A stretch of 64,000 bases of DNA from the NCBI GenBank assembly GCA_002633005.1, contig NMRA01000240.1, positions 62,001-126,000 of the forward strand. Direction: 5' to 3'. Origin of the DNA: Phoronis australis (Eukaryota; Animalia; Phoronida). Numbering within the stretch: the stretch's first letter is position 1; each line of letters opens with the position of its first letter. Under the pieces are notes generated by a model, which was given only the letters and a program-made list of their open reading frames with translations, had not been told where the DNA came from and made no database searches. A program made the translations under genes and the position numbers. This document shows positions 37,411-50,966 of this stretch, piece by piece.

Positions 37411-38216
37411 AACGCGTGAGAGAAGGACTTTAAAAGCAATACATGTGCTGGCATTCAGAGTTCACCAGTGAACGGGACGAGACGTCTATTTAGAAATCAG
37501 CAAACAAAATTTGGAATACCATTCAGGAATTCAGGAATTCAAGGTGACTAACTATGACGTGAAATGTTCCTGACAGGGAAGCAAGCTGTTTTTAACTTTC
37601 CTCGCCTCCTCGTCTTTTGGAAACCCTACAAACCGTAGACACACTTACTGAAATAAGAGCAGCACAAACTTGTCACACGACTTTCCCCACAATTGCTTTC
37701 GACACTTGTAATGACTCGCTGACAAGGGATTAGAATGCGCCTGTTGCCAGGAATCGTAGAGGAAGGAGTTTATGGATTGGCGGCGATGACATGCAGTGAT
37801 ACGGCGGGTTAATAAGGTGAAGAATAAGAAGAAGATTTAAACTGAAAATTATTTGTGAACTGAAATTGAAGCGCTGAAATATGGTAAGGGGACTTAAGTT
37901 TTTAGATTTGCTGTGTCTGTCGGTAGCTTTTCGATATTTTGTTCTCTCGCTCGTACTTATTTTCGAGTAGGCCTACGATTTCAAGCACACTGCCAGACCA
38001 AACACGAAATTTGGAGCATATACACGAAATTTTACTCAAAATCTTACTCAAAATATACATGAGGTACACTGAGTACGTGGTCGAAATTTCGACTCGAGAA
38101 CAGATTTTTCGAGTATGACATTGAATACACCAAAGCTGAGTCTGTACTCGAGTTGAGTATGGAGCTTGAGTTGGAGTATGATTCGAGTGTGAGTACGAGA
38201 TTGGAGACCGGGTGTG

Positions 38217-38357
38217 CGTTCAGTAGACGCTAGGACCTACGCTAGGACCTAAATAAAACCTAGTCAAAATCACGTGCTCTCATTTAAAATGCACGGCAAT
38301 ATCTCATGTAATCTCGCGAAGTCTTGCTTTTTAGCGAGGTCCTAGCGTTACTGAACG
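38217..38357. mobile_element. Small MITE (~140 bp)
   Basis: Inverted ends cgttcagtagacgctaggacct / aggtcctagcgttactgaacg. Confidence 0.6.
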
Positions 38358-39479
38358 GGAGGCGGGTCCTGGTGCTTTTGTTTGTTACGTCATATGTAAT
38401 CCACCGTTCCACAAATAAATCGCTGTCGAGATGTTACTTGTATTGGTGCCAACCTTTCATCCCATAACAGAGACGCAGTACCCTGTTGCATGAAACAGTC
38501 CCAATTAGGGACTCTGCAAAGTTTCCTAAATCTAGTAAATGGGTATTTGTGAGCTTGTGAAAACACTGATTGCCATTTCTAATCAAATTTGAGTGTCATT
38601 ACGTAGTCAATTTAAATTTCCATAGAAATCGAGAGTGAACATGTACTATACTAAAGATCAAAACTCTTCAGATTGTATACTTGAAACACAGGCATTGTCT
38701 AGAAAATACCTTATTAAGTATTCAATTTAAGTCCTTTTTTCGAAGCTCATTTATTTGAGAAAAGCTCATTTCAAATGAGAAGGTGTTAGGGTTATTGTGG
38801 GAACTCTTTAAACTAGACTCCACACTTGAATGACAGCTACAGTACCAAGAGCCCTGTTCGTGAGCAGCAGAAATAAACGTGTGTGGGTCATCATTTGGGA
38901 AACAATCGCTAGAAATTGTACTCTCATAGTACTGAATCAGTGGTGGCTTCATGGTTCCCCTTTCCCCGTGGTTTTGTTCACCGCTGCGACTAAACGGGGA
39001 CGGGACGGACCCCCCTGAATCCGCCTTTTGAGAATGAAAAAACAAGAGAATCCGAATGGAGCTACAATAGGAATAAATAATATGGCAGTGAAACATATTA
39101 AAACTAACAAGAATCTGCATTAAACATGTATTAGGTCCGCGGTATGATATCGCCCTTGACATGACACGGATTTTTACGTGTCTCTTGTTACTTGGTTATG
39201 TGTTCATAGCCTTGGTGTTAGTGTTGTGGATGAAACACGATTTTTGGTGGGCGAAATTTAGAAGCGAGGTACTTGTATTAGGAGATCTGACGAGATATTC
39301 AAATTTAGGTGTTCTGGGGAAAAACAAAAGCAATCACTGAAGTTTTGAACCCGAAGGTATTGGTACGCACAACAAACTAACAAAACGTGGAATTCGTTCT
39401 CCACACATTCCAAATTACATAACTTTCACAACCTATTTCCATTGGGAATGTTTGTGTGGCCCATTAAACCATATAGAAG

Positions 39480-40190
39480 TGTTACATTTGTTTTACCTCG
39501 AATCCCTGTAGCTCATCTTGGGGGACAGTTTAGTGGCATATGGGTCATTTTGTGTTCGATCAGTGCGTGTTAACCAGTACGTGAAATACATAATCTATTT
39601 CAAATTTCAGAGTCATACCGTGGTTGAGATGTTCGTGTGTTTCTGGCGGGCACAACTCAGAGAGAAATTTGTCATAGGCCATTTGGATGTAGTGATCAGT
39701 GTCATTTATTCAATGTTATAGAATTGATTTTGTGGCTCCTCGAATGTAGGAGGCATCTAATTTTTGGGTTTTTTTGGGGGGTTTCTGGCGTACCCTTACC
39801 AGGGGTGCAATTTGTCTGTGACGGGTAAGCGTTTATTGCAGCACTATTGATCGTTTAAATTCGTTTCAACCGGTACCTCAAATACCTAATCTTGATAAAG
39901 ATTTCATGGCATGGTGTTTTTAAATTTTTGTGGGTATCTGGCCGCCACAAGCCAGAGAGAATTTTGTTTGCCATAGGCAATTTGATGGTCACTGAGTTGG
40001 ATGTATTGAATCATATGGAATTGCTTTTTTCGTAGTACCTCGTATGCATGAGCTAGCTCGTTTTGGGAAGCTTGTTGGGCTTATGGCGGACCTTACCAGA
40101 GTGCAATTTGCCTGTCATTGGATCATTCGGTGTTCAGTGCGTCACGATTGTTCGTTTTAAATTAGTTTTGGTCGGTATGTCGAATTTCAA
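39480..40190. repeat. Old, diverged tandem repeat, ~295-bp period, ~2.5 units
   Basis: gagagaa.tt..catagg..att, cctcg.atg and ccttaccag.gtgcaatttg recur in units starting ~39660 and ~39955. Confidence 0.5.
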
Positions 40191-40820
40191 ATCAAGCTCA
40201 TTTTTGGCTCCCCTAGGGCTCACATTCAGAACCCAGGGTGCGAACACCGGCAGGCATCCATTCTATACATGTACCTACTGGGGTTACTGTAAGTGGTCTG
40301 GTGGTCAGAAGTTGGTACTTCGTTTATCTATGCTAAGTGCTCCGGGCTAGGTCTATAAGGCTTTAGTGACAATGTTCTCTCCAAGATACTGTTTGGTTGT
40401 ATACGAGACCCCGAAACATATCAATTGTATATTTTACGTAATGGAGGCCACTTCAAAGATTGATTATGGAAATAGGGCTGCTAGGAAAGGGTGTCTTAAG
40501 ATCGGTATATCAAACAATGCTACTTTATAAAAACAAATAACCGTCTGTTAACTTCAGGTGATGGGTCACATGTTGAATAGCCTGTCAAGCTATTTCAATC
40601 TTCAACTCTCTTGGGGAAAAGCGAGATTTTTTGTAGAATGTCCTGTTTTTAGGTATACTACGATGTTTTCCTGTTACATTGTCAAAGTTTGCGGCATGTA
40701 GGGCAGGGCAGACAGCTTGTGACCATTTACTTTGCCATATTGATATTGTGGCAGGGTATTTTCAATTACAAAACTTTCTGGAATGTAATATGTACATAAA
40801 CATAAACATTTACATTTACT

Positions 40821-40852
<32 letters not shown>

Positions 40853-40856
<4 letters not shown>

Positions 40857-41155
40857 AATTTCATTAAATACACGACACTTGTCGTCATTACCAGTCTTTA
40901 TTCCGTCCCGTTAGTATCATCGGAACAAAGTTCTACACTCGTCAGGACATTGGTGCAGCAATTGAACAAGAAACATGATTAATATCCACTTGAGAATGAA
41001 ACAAGTATGTTTCGAAGTATCGTATGTCTTTTAGTCATGATCAAATGCTTCCCCAATGTTCTGTTGAGTGTAGACCTTTGTTCCAAGGATACGAACGGAA
41101 TAGAATGAAAACTGCTAAAATTTATACAAGTGTCGTGTATTTAATCAATTTTGTA
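40853..41155. mobile_element. Foldback MITE between (TACATA)n and (TA)n microsatellites
   Basis: Arms tacaaatttcattaaatacacgacacttgt / acaagtgtcgtgtatttaatcaattttgta, plus inner arms ggaacaaagttctacactc / gagtgtagacctttgttcc. Confidence 0.7.
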
Positions 41156-41251
41156 CATCCGAAAACTTGCTCCTGCAGTACAACCAGCTCATAAACACAT
41201 AAATATACATAAATACATACATACATACATTCATATATATAACTGTGTTAG

Positions 41252-41252
<1 letters not shown>

Positions 41253-41296
<44 letters not shown>
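41253..41296. repeat. (TA)n microsatellite
   Basis: About 22 consecutive TA units. Confidence 0.95.
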
Positions 41297-41297
<1 letters not shown>

Positions 41298-41549
41298 CAG
41301 GTGTCCCAGAATGTCAGTCACTTTTTGACGAGTAATTTTTCAGCAATTGACCAGCAGAATACGTTCATGTATCTTCAGGGTGTTTTCAACGAGTCTACGA
41401 AGTATTTCAGAGAAATATAAACAGTTATAACAGTACTGTGAAATTCAAAACATCTTGGTGAAAAATATGACAATGACTTTTATTGTGTTCATGTTATGCT
41501 GGCATCTGTCAGTCAAAAAATGCCCGCCTGGGTGTCAAGTGTTCTGTTT

Positions 41550-42640
41550 TTTACAGTCAGATCTGTATCCAAAACAGTTTTATCAAATCAAAATTTTAAA
41601 TGACTTTTTTGGTCAGGGAAACCACCTAAAATAGAGAAAAACATTACAACTGCCTCTTATGAAGATCGAGGTTTAAAAGTCCCTGAAATGACCAATATAT
41701 CCTCAAGAGTTATGGGGGTGAACAATTGTGGTCATGTAATTTGAAAGTAAACAAACTGTTTAGAACAGTAACTGATGGTTTTTGTAGTGAGGTTTTGTCG
41801 GTGGGTGAGCAGTTGAATCATAATGCTTTTAAAGATGTGATCAGATTATATGGCATAACAGAGAAATAACACCTAATAATATGTCACTATATTATAATTA
41901 AAAGATTTTGCTAAGATTGGGCTACGTTCATCAATGACTTTCTTGATTCTGAAAATAAGCTTTTATCGTGGGACGTGGTCAAGGCATTATATGAATTAAA
42001 CTATTTTTAAATTCTGTGTTTTAATTCAATATGTATTATTTTATCTAGAAAAATGATCAAGGTCATCAAAGACTGGTTGGGTACAACAATAAAATTTGCT
42101 TATACTACAACAAAATTGCAAAATAAAAATAAAAAATATTTTGTTACAAAAGTATTGCAAACAACCAGACAATTATGAAAATTTGTTGCAGCATTGTTCA
42201 AATCAAGGTATCAAAAAGATTATTCGTTGCCATTTACTCGTCGCATCAATCCATGTGTTAAATCTTTTAAGTATATGTTGTTGCATAACAGATTGTATAC
42301 TAACTCTTTGTTATATAAGTTGAAGATTGTTAATTTAGATAAATGTCCTTACTGTAATCTAGTGCAGAATACTGAACACATGTTTTTATTGTCACGTGAT
42401 GTAGTGCAAAGATTATTTTTTGATTAATGCCATCATACTTTGACATCTTCCCTAAAGGAAGATGTCAAATTGCCAAGAATAAAATCATGTTTTGCCATTT
42501 TAGTCCTCCTGAAATCTTCCTGTTGATTGATTTTGTTATCACCGTCGCCCAATATTTTATTTATTGACGAAAGCAGTTGCATCAAGATTGATCTGCTTGT
42601 AAGTTACTTATGTCGAAATATGTTAAAGTTACAATACTTT
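41550..42640 (+). mobile_element. Tx1/L1-like LINE ORF2 3' fragment (post-RT and zinc-finger region), decayed
   Basis: WSGKPPKIEKNITTASYEDRGLKVPE and SFKYMLLHNRLYTNSLLYKLKIVNLDKCPYCNLVQNTEHMF match W.GK..KI.....GGL..P and FQYK.LHR.L.TN..L......C..C....ET..HLF. Confidence 0.75.
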
Positions 42641-42679
42641 ATTTTCAAAAAACAAAAGAACCTTTGCTCTTTATACACA

Positions 42680-43377
42680 TTTCATATTACGTCGCCGAAT
42701 GACTTTCCTATAAAACAAACCTACACGGGAATCTGCACTGGCTCAAGTCTCGTGGCATAAAAACAGAAAGTGGCGTGAGAACGTAATCTGAAATAGCGGA
42801 TTGCGAGCGAGGTAATGTTATCATGGAAATAGTTCCAGGAGCGGTTACCAAACAATAACCTTGTTCTACTAAACTTAGGAAAAGAGTACGCTAACGTGAA
42901 TGTACATAAGCTCACACTTATATAATTTGTTTTCTGTAATTGCGTACTCGTTTACAATATACTCCATACAGCGTTGAGATACTTTTATATTTAACAATTT
43001 GAAGAAATTACATAATTCGTCGGTTCCTCGCACTCTCCCAAAAAGTTTTAATCTGCCATTCATTGAAGAGCAGACGAGACCATGACACTGTGCTTGGAAC
43101 GACATTTGTAACCTTGGTAGGTCATTTATTTGATTTGTTTCTTTTCTGTTTTTGGCTTTCAAACTTGCCGAATCGGATCTCTTAATAGCAAAAAGGAAAA
43201 AAGCCAACCGATTTCACTAGTTGGTCCTGCAAGTCAGCGCTTGTTCTATCTTCAGACGGAGTAGAGCTTGGGTAGACTGGGTCGAGGAGGTTTTGGGGGT
43301 CGTGGGTCGTGCGGGTCGTGCGTCGTGGGGGTCGTGGGTATAATGGGATGTGTGGTCGAGGGGTTTTAGAATAATCC
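42680..43377 (+). mobile_element. Family-A TIR element lacking its left end
   Basis: Interior homologous to ~19370-19980; ends GAGGGGTTTTAGAATAATCC. Confidence 0.75.
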
Positions 43378-43658
43378 AAGAAATAATCAAAGTTTTTTTG
43401 GTTGAAAGAAACGGCTACGTTTAGCCGCGAAGGACGATGAAGCCCACATTGAGGCTGAAATAAGCGAGCTACACTTTGACACTTTATTTTTTGACCTGAT
43501 GTTTTTAATTTGATAGTGCTCGAACAATTGGACACAGATCCCCTTGACATTTTTATACAACTGATGATGATATCCAAGGGCAATCCGGTAAGAAATTTGA
43601 AGAATCAGTTTATTGGTTGCTGAGGACATGCTTGTCGCACTTTTTAGGAGACACGTGA

Positions 43659-43750
43659 TACACACACACACACGCACGCACACGCACACACACACGCACA
43701 CACACACAAACACACACATTATACGTATATGTATATCTATAATACACACA

Positions 43751-43795
<45 letters not shown>

Positions 43796-43808
43796 GCACA
43801 CACACACA
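43659..43808. repeat. Compound (CA)n/(CG)n microsatellite
   Basis: Long alternating purine-pyrimidine tract including about 8 CG units. Confidence 0.95.
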
Positions 43809-44011
43809 TATTGGTTTATTCATTGGTTAATTAATCAGCTAATTAGTATGTGAAGAGATTCGTAAATGTATGCTGTTTTGATTTTTGCATTTTTGAAAAG
43901 ATTCTTGCTTTAGAAATAAACAGTGTTTTTTAATTTATGTGATATCCAAACTTAGATCTCATGTTTGGGGTCTGACAGTCAACACCTTGACCTCTGCGAA
44001 TGGTTTTACAG

Positions 44012-44143
44012 ACGAAAAGGTCTCACCTGCGCATTGTTACCTCGGCGGAATGTGGTGCTCCGAACTCGACTCTTATTGCTTAAGAGGCATGTCAGTGTGT
44101 AGCTGCTTAGATGGCCAATTTATGTTCAGAAGTGCTTGTATAC
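44012..44143 (+). CDS. Exon 8: 6-Cys module 7
   Basis: ttttacAG|..|GTaagt, 132 nt, phase 1-1: (D)EKVSPAHCYLGGMWCSELDSYCLRGMSVCSCLDGQFMFRSACI. Confidence 0.87.
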
Positions 44144-47100
44144 GTAAGTTTTCAAAATTTTCTTTGTTTTGACAGCTACAAGCCAACTTGCATGTTATTT
44201 ATTTTAACCTAGGTGAGGCGAAACCCGGAATTATGTAGAAAGACGTGATGTTTCGGAAAACTCCGCACAATCGCAAAAAGGACCCCTTGATTGGCCGGCA
44301 ATATATTGTTTTAATGAAAGTCAGTCAAGTAATAACTGTTTCTAAATTTGCCCTGATCTTTGGTTATATTTCCTGATACCACAGTGTAAAATCCACCTGC
44401 AAACCACCGTTACATGTGTAGGGTAACGCATAAAATGAAATGCTTTCAGAAACTAAACCGCGTGGTGGGGCTTCAGCCAAGTCAGACAAACGTTCTATGA
44501 AAAACTGGCTTAGCTAGACAAATCTGTGAAGTACCTCTTACCAACCTAATCGTTCTTGATTGTTTGCAGTGACAACTATGAAACAGGTGTTCAAAAAAGC
44601 ACAGTCTTTTTCTATGAATATCGCTTTTTTCCAGAGTTCATTTTCTCTAGTAACATAACAATGGTAAATAGGTCCTATTTGTTGCAATGTCTCCCGTTTA
44701 CGGTAACTTACACTACATGTATCAGGTTCAATAACTTTTACTTTCTGCAGAAATGCATTTATTTATAATCATTTATGAAAAGCACCTACATTTAAAGGAC
44801 GTTCTCGGGCTCAAAACATTATTTTCAGATCGATGGCTGCCGATTAGCGAACCTAAAAACAAACATTAGTTGAAGGTTGGTTCGATAGTCCGAAGAGCCG
44901 AACGTCCGAAATGAAATTCCATCGGCCGATAGCAGGCAAGAGTCCGAAGCCAGACGATATTCCGAAAATGAGGACTTTTTTACTCACATATAAATTGCTA
45001 TTTTTAAATTTTTGTGAATTTTCTATGCTTTAGCTTGCATTTAACTACTCTTGCTAAAGGCGGGGGTCGATGAATAATCCTATTAAGTTTGAAAGCGCTA
45101 ACTTCGGAATGACAGCCTTTGGAAAAGAAAGCCTCATACATATTTTTTAATGCCATAATTTTTACGAAAATCCATCAAAGCTTAATTTTAAGGTACATAT
45201 TACGCGTATTTAGGCTCATGCGACTACAGTCGAAGATATTCGTAAATACTTGCTCGTGTCTGTATGCGAACCTACATGTAAGGAGTAATCAAAGTTTCTA
45301 AATGATGCTCTGGTGCACCCATTATTTAAAATATATTCAATGCTATTCTGCTCGCGCAATTCGTTGGAGATTGTTGCCAATGAATGATACAGGATCGCTC
45401 TGTACGCCTGGCCTTTTTTGAGTGTACATAAATGTAAGTGCTTGCACATTAATTAACATTTAGATCAAGCACATGTGTTAGCTTTTCAATTGAAAATTAT
45501 AGGATTATGTTAACATGTACTGAGGATTTCCAAATATTGCAACCCGGAAGAGCGCCCACTCAAAAAAGAGATTTGCATGAACCGGAATTTAGAAAGGTTT
45601 TAGTTTCCTTTAAGAAAAATCTGCTCACAGTGTCACTTTTTAAACTCAATCGTGCATTTCACCCCATAAAATTTAGCCTGAACTTTAAATATTGCAGTTG
45701 CCACCATGGAGATTCTAAATTAGTTCAAATAATATTGTTATTCATGCCAGTTGCTGCTTTTGTGTTGACGGAATGACAATACAGCTTTTCACCGTTAGCG
45801 GAATATCTTGTATATGGCATTCAGTTATGCTTAGCGTTCAAAACGTAAACTGTGTCCGAAATATTGCCCATATTTTCGTCAGAAAATTTCAGAAAAAGCA
45901 CTCGCTAGGGGCGCTCTATCGGATATTTCCGAAATCAAACCAACTGTTGGTTAAAATTAAAGTGGAAAATTAAGTAATCTCAGTTGCAAAAAGCTCAGGT
46001 GACATCGCTCAGTAAATGAATAATCAGATAAACTCGGCTGTTTCACCAAAATTTTTACGCCCGTTTCAGAAACGATTTCATGAATGTGGCAAAGTGCGTT
46101 GTTTCTGTGACACAGAAGATTGTCTTGCATGTACTTATAGTATTAATGAAATTTGATCATTTTGGTATGTTTTTTTCACACTTGTAAGTCGACAAGCGAT
46201 AGTCAAAAACTGTACCCAGATTTATTTGAACATGTCTTACCTTTCGGCCGCTTGTCATATCACACCACACACAACACTTTACAGGAGTGATTCTGGGAGA
46301 GTCTCTCACCAAAAATATCACGCGAATCCTTTTAGCATATGAAAATTGCGGCAATCAACACAGAGGTCTCTGAAAAAATTATCCATCGTTGTAATGTTCT
46401 GCGTTCTAACATTTTTCATCAAAATTGTTACAATCGTAAATTTCAAAGCTACATGATAGATGTCTGTTATTTTTATCTATGAGAAAGTCGTTACATGCCA
46501 ATTTGTGAGTTTATTGAGTTTTTGGTAATTGTTACTGCATTCTGAATTTTTATTGAAGCATTTAATTGTACCTTATTAATTAGAATATATAAATATGTAT
46601 AATTGTGGACAAATGCTTGACTAAATTGCCCCCAGTAACTGTGAGGGATCCATATTTTACACTATAACGACCAAGACATTAAAGAGCCTTTGTATTTATA
46701 CGGTGCAATTATTTTGAAAGTCCTTTCTCTACAGGCTTAAATATGTCATGTCTCATTAAAACCGTGAATACTTAAAGTTGTAGCAAGCCCCACCTAATAC
46801 CTTTCAAGAGAACTGCTTACATGTATAATCAGGAAAAGAAATACCTTGTAAATACATATCAATTCTAAAAAAGCACCGCATCTGATACATTTATAAACGA
46901 ATGTGAACATAAAAACCTGCTGGTTTTTCAAAATATTACGCACTCGTTATTTTTCAGTGAACTAAACAAATAATAAAAAACTGTTTCTTATTTCATTGGG
47001 GTGACGAGAATCTTTTGCGGCTTTCGTAGAGATTCCCATACCTAAGAAATGTGAACAAAGTGTGTGTGTAAATATCTAGAGTTTTTACAACCAGAGATGC

Positions 47101-49369
47101 AAAATGGCACGATCATGAACATGTGACGGACAATGAAATAACAGAATGATTGTTTTCGTTGTGGTCACCGTGAATAGCCAGACTTCAGTTGTCGGTAGCC
47201 GACATTGGGTGTTCTTCTGCCATCATAAAATATTACCATACTCATTTACATAAAAATAGTTTCGCAAAACGAGACTTTCGCAAGGTAGTAATATTACATG
47301 GTTCTCAGATCGTTTCCGGTACACTGGAGGGCCTGGGGTTGATTGTGAATTAGTTCTTCATCTGTGTATTCATCATTTCTTGAGACTTTGAATCCTTAAC
47401 TAGTCATTTATATTACCTTTGTGGTTCACTTCCCTTTTGATGCTCCTCTTTTCCCTGTAATTTTTGCATTTTAGTTACAGTCTTGGTTTTTAGAATGAAA
47501 AAAGATTTTTGAAACCAGTCAGGAATGCAAATTAATATTTACTTATCAATTAAATTATTTGCCTTTGCTCCTGTGATCAAGACCTGATCAAGAGATTCTA
47601 TCGATACGGCTCTTATACAATTTAGTTGTAAAAAATGGCGGAGTTACGAAACGTTTTAGTGACATTAAACTCCAAAGACCAACACCGGAACAAACGAATT
47701 TAAGCAAATTTTACGCATGTGTGACTCAAGCTCAGCAACGCGAGATCAAAGTTGCCATTTCAGTGCTAGAGTTCAAAGATCTAAATTCGTTCTCTTTCGT
47801 TTAAAAGGTCAGTGTAATAATTCAAAGTTATCATCATATGCGTTCCTAGATGTATAATATAAATTTACTGTGATTCTTAAAGTCCTCATCTCATTCTAGT
47901 TAAAAAACCTAAAAATATGTACCAAATTAAGTAATATGTAACGTGGCATAATGTTCACATCGTTTCTGATATCAAGCTAAAACCTTTTTTGCATAATTTT
48001 GTACCTTGGCCGAGATCGGAAAATCATCGACTATTCCCGTCGATTTCCGTGACCTGAGTTCCTGTGTGTCAGTTCAGGAACGATTCCTGAATGCCAGCCA
48101 TGTTGTCTTTGAAAACGTATTGTCATCACCGTGAGCGTAAATGCGTTTTTACTTTGTTTGGTTGTTTTTGATTCCCATTTTGGGTCTTTTTATATAAACT
48201 TTATTATTTACTATCCAAATTTTACTCGATCTTTGCATATGACGAATGGTATTTAATGCATAATCATCAGTTGAAGTAACGTTGCAAAGTCTGCGTAGCC
48301 AACACTCGGCTACTGTGGTCAGCCCTGACTCATCGCGAGGGTACGTCAAATTAGCAACTGTACCCGTTTAGGTAATAAATCTGAAGAAAAAAGTTGCTTA
48401 ATCAACTGTCTTTATCGCCATATCTTGAAATTGATTCAAAGAACCAGTCTGAAGTGAGCAATTGCCGTTTCACGGTGCCTTCCCGGAGATGTGACAGCAG
48501 TGCATAAATGGCAGCACCGGCTTTTCTGGCCGCTAAAAATATATAGAAGAAAAGAAACGTCCACAAACCGCGATGTTTCGACAAACAAATAACAAGTTTT
48601 CTCTAAAAGCAGTGAGCTCGACATCTGTGCTTGATTTTGCTTCCAGGACAGAGTAACCGACGAACAACCGGTAATTCCGCTGCCTACAGTCGCCGGGAAA
48701 ATAATCACTTGCTGAATTGGCCTTGATTTTCAGTTATCAGGGAAAATGTATTTTCAAACCTCACGAAAACAAACTTACAGTATATACCTCTGTTGTCGAA
48801 ATATACAAATTTCGCGCCGCAAACCGGTGAAGGGGGAGTGTAATGAATTTTAGTCAATGAGCTGAATGTCGGCGATGGGAAATTGTTGCAATGTTAGGAG
48901 CATGACGCACAGGAATTTCACTCTTTCAAAGCCGGGTAGCTAATTAATGTTTTCATCTTGTCCCGCGGAGTACAGCTGGTAGCGTATACAAATGTTTATG
49001 GCTAAGTGGGATCTATTCATTTTGCTTAAACTCATCAATACTTGTATTGTACTATTTGGCAAGATGGCAAGTTTTCTACCTGAAGTTATTTCACCACTAA
49101 ATGAGATTTTTGGTCAGCCGCCCGACCGTAGTGAAGTCGGCTCTAAATAAATTGCCATATTTTCGCAAGTTTAACTGTCATGATATTCTAACGGTATAAC
49201 AATTTTATTCAATAATATGATGTTGCATGTTCGTTGTTTTGTTTATACTGTTTGTTTGCCAGAGATAATTAAACCCACTAAAACAAGTTTAGCCAAGCCC
49301 GCCATAATCGGTCCCGGTTATTATTCAATCGTTTGCGCAGGATTTTTACTAGTTCGTATTTTATCAAGT

Positions 49370-49860
49370 GTCAGAAATTATCTTTGCATGTATACGGCAT
49401 TCATGATTTCAACTATTTATTTCAATAAAACAGCCGGGGACGGCATGCCTCCCTCTTTTGTCAGTGCAGGTCATCGGCTGCAGGTCCGTGCCGGGCAAAA
49501 TAATTTCTGTCAAAATTTTATATTGCCACATTTTGTCGACATTTTCAGTACAAATTGCCCCTATTTTGGTTATATTAAAAGTTGAGATGCGCTGTCGATT
49601 ATTTTATCCCCGTTTTCAGGCTGGCAACAGACACTGCTCTTTTCGCACCGCCAGCGTATACTAAGCCTGGGTTCCTGAATGAATCGTACTTCCAGGTTCA
49701 CAGTTAGTTCAAAATGGCGGTGTGATCTTCGGGTCGGAATCGTGAGCGACGCATTTTTTAAGACTTTCTTCGACTACGGATTGTGTATTGGTTATGGGGA
49801 AAGTATTGCCTGCTTCCTTAAAATGTCTTCTAACCATTTAAGGAGGGTTAAAAACATGTG
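49370..49860 (+). repeat. Dispersed repeat (pair with 36920-37410)
   Basis: Colinear similarity to 36920-37410. Confidence 0.8.
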
Positions 49861-49899
49861 CTTCTAGGACTTCAAGTGAGCAAGTTCTTAAATTTTTAG

Positions 49900-50034
49900 G
49901 TGTCAAGGACCTGCCATGCCAAAAAGAATACCAAACAGGCACCAATTGTGGCCATCAGCCAAACAGCAAGTGTGTGAACCACGAATGTGTATGCGTGACC
50001 GGCTACACCCTTAATGCCGACGGGAAGTGTGACG
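49900..50034 (+). CDS. Exon 9: 6-Cys module 8
   Basis: aatttttAG|..|GTaagt, 135 nt, phase 1-1: (R)VKDLPCQKEYQTGTNCGHQPNSKCVNHECVCVTGYTLNADGKCD. Confidence 0.87.
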
Positions 50035-50966
50035 GTAAGTCATTAGGTTATAAGATTGACAGGCTAGGGATTGTTCATTCAGCAGACAGCTTTCGAAAAG
50101 TGTGAGCTTCTACGTGCCTCATCAGACATCTATTAAGTATACATGTATTTTTCACTAGTGAAAGGAAAGTAAACGGCGGCGGGTGCCAAAAAGTACGCTT
50201 GGCTAAGATTAATCAAATTAATGTTAAAATTTCAGGTCTTTGTAAGTCTGTTCCGAGAGAATGAGTTAAATGCTCGTCCAAACTTTTGGACACAAGTTTT
50301 GTCTCAAGTCCGTCTTTTCGGAGCACACGGTTTTCTTCAGAAATGAAGAGCTGGTCGAACATATATACAGTTGGCGTATACATGAGTATAGAAAACTCCG
50401 ATTATGCGGGCTAGATTTGAAAATAATTAAACTCGAAAATTTTCATTTCGTAACTTCGAATGTGATACTCGGTTTCCATACAATGTTTATTTTTTTCAAA
50501 ATCCGTCCCTAGATTATCTGTGGGAAACTCCGAAAACATGCCAAAAGTTTTACTCCCTTTGCTCGAATTCCGTTTATAGAATTGGCTTTTGAATCAACAG
50601 CTCACGAAGGCGTGCCGCTCGCTGGCTCCCTTTCATCATTGTTTGAATATTTCACCATTACTTTTGACTAATATCTGTAACCCTATATCGTTTCATTTCT
50701 GCCTGTGGTGAGACAGAAACACTACCGAACTAGACCTGCCATCAATGATTTTTTAATCAGTTTTTCTAAGTTTCTTGACCATGTACTTTATGGTTGCGCT
50801 GCGAGGGATTGTGAAATTTACAGACAACACCAGTGAATATCGTTAATCTTGAATATTTATATGTGTTCAACATTTTTACTGTACATGCTTTCATCAAGCA
50901 ACTTTTTATTTACCCAATAATTTATTTACCACCACCCTCCCTCACTTGATTTCTATTAATCCACAG

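Larger units (their letters stand above)
32217..38212. mobile_element. Inverted termini of a PIF/Harbinger-like element, possibly one ~6-kb element with nested inserts
   Basis: GGGCCCGGTCTGTAATCTCCGTACTCA.. at 32217 pairs with ..TGAGTACGAGATTGGAGACCGGG ending 38212; both ends are rich in TACTC/GAGTA subterminal repeats. Confidence 0.45.

Noticed and set aside
43387-43834. Cys/Val- and His/Thr-rich ORFs here (and Tyr/Ile/His-rich ORFs at 56666-57180)
   Set aside because: They are translations of microsatellites; only 56826-56942 is coding.
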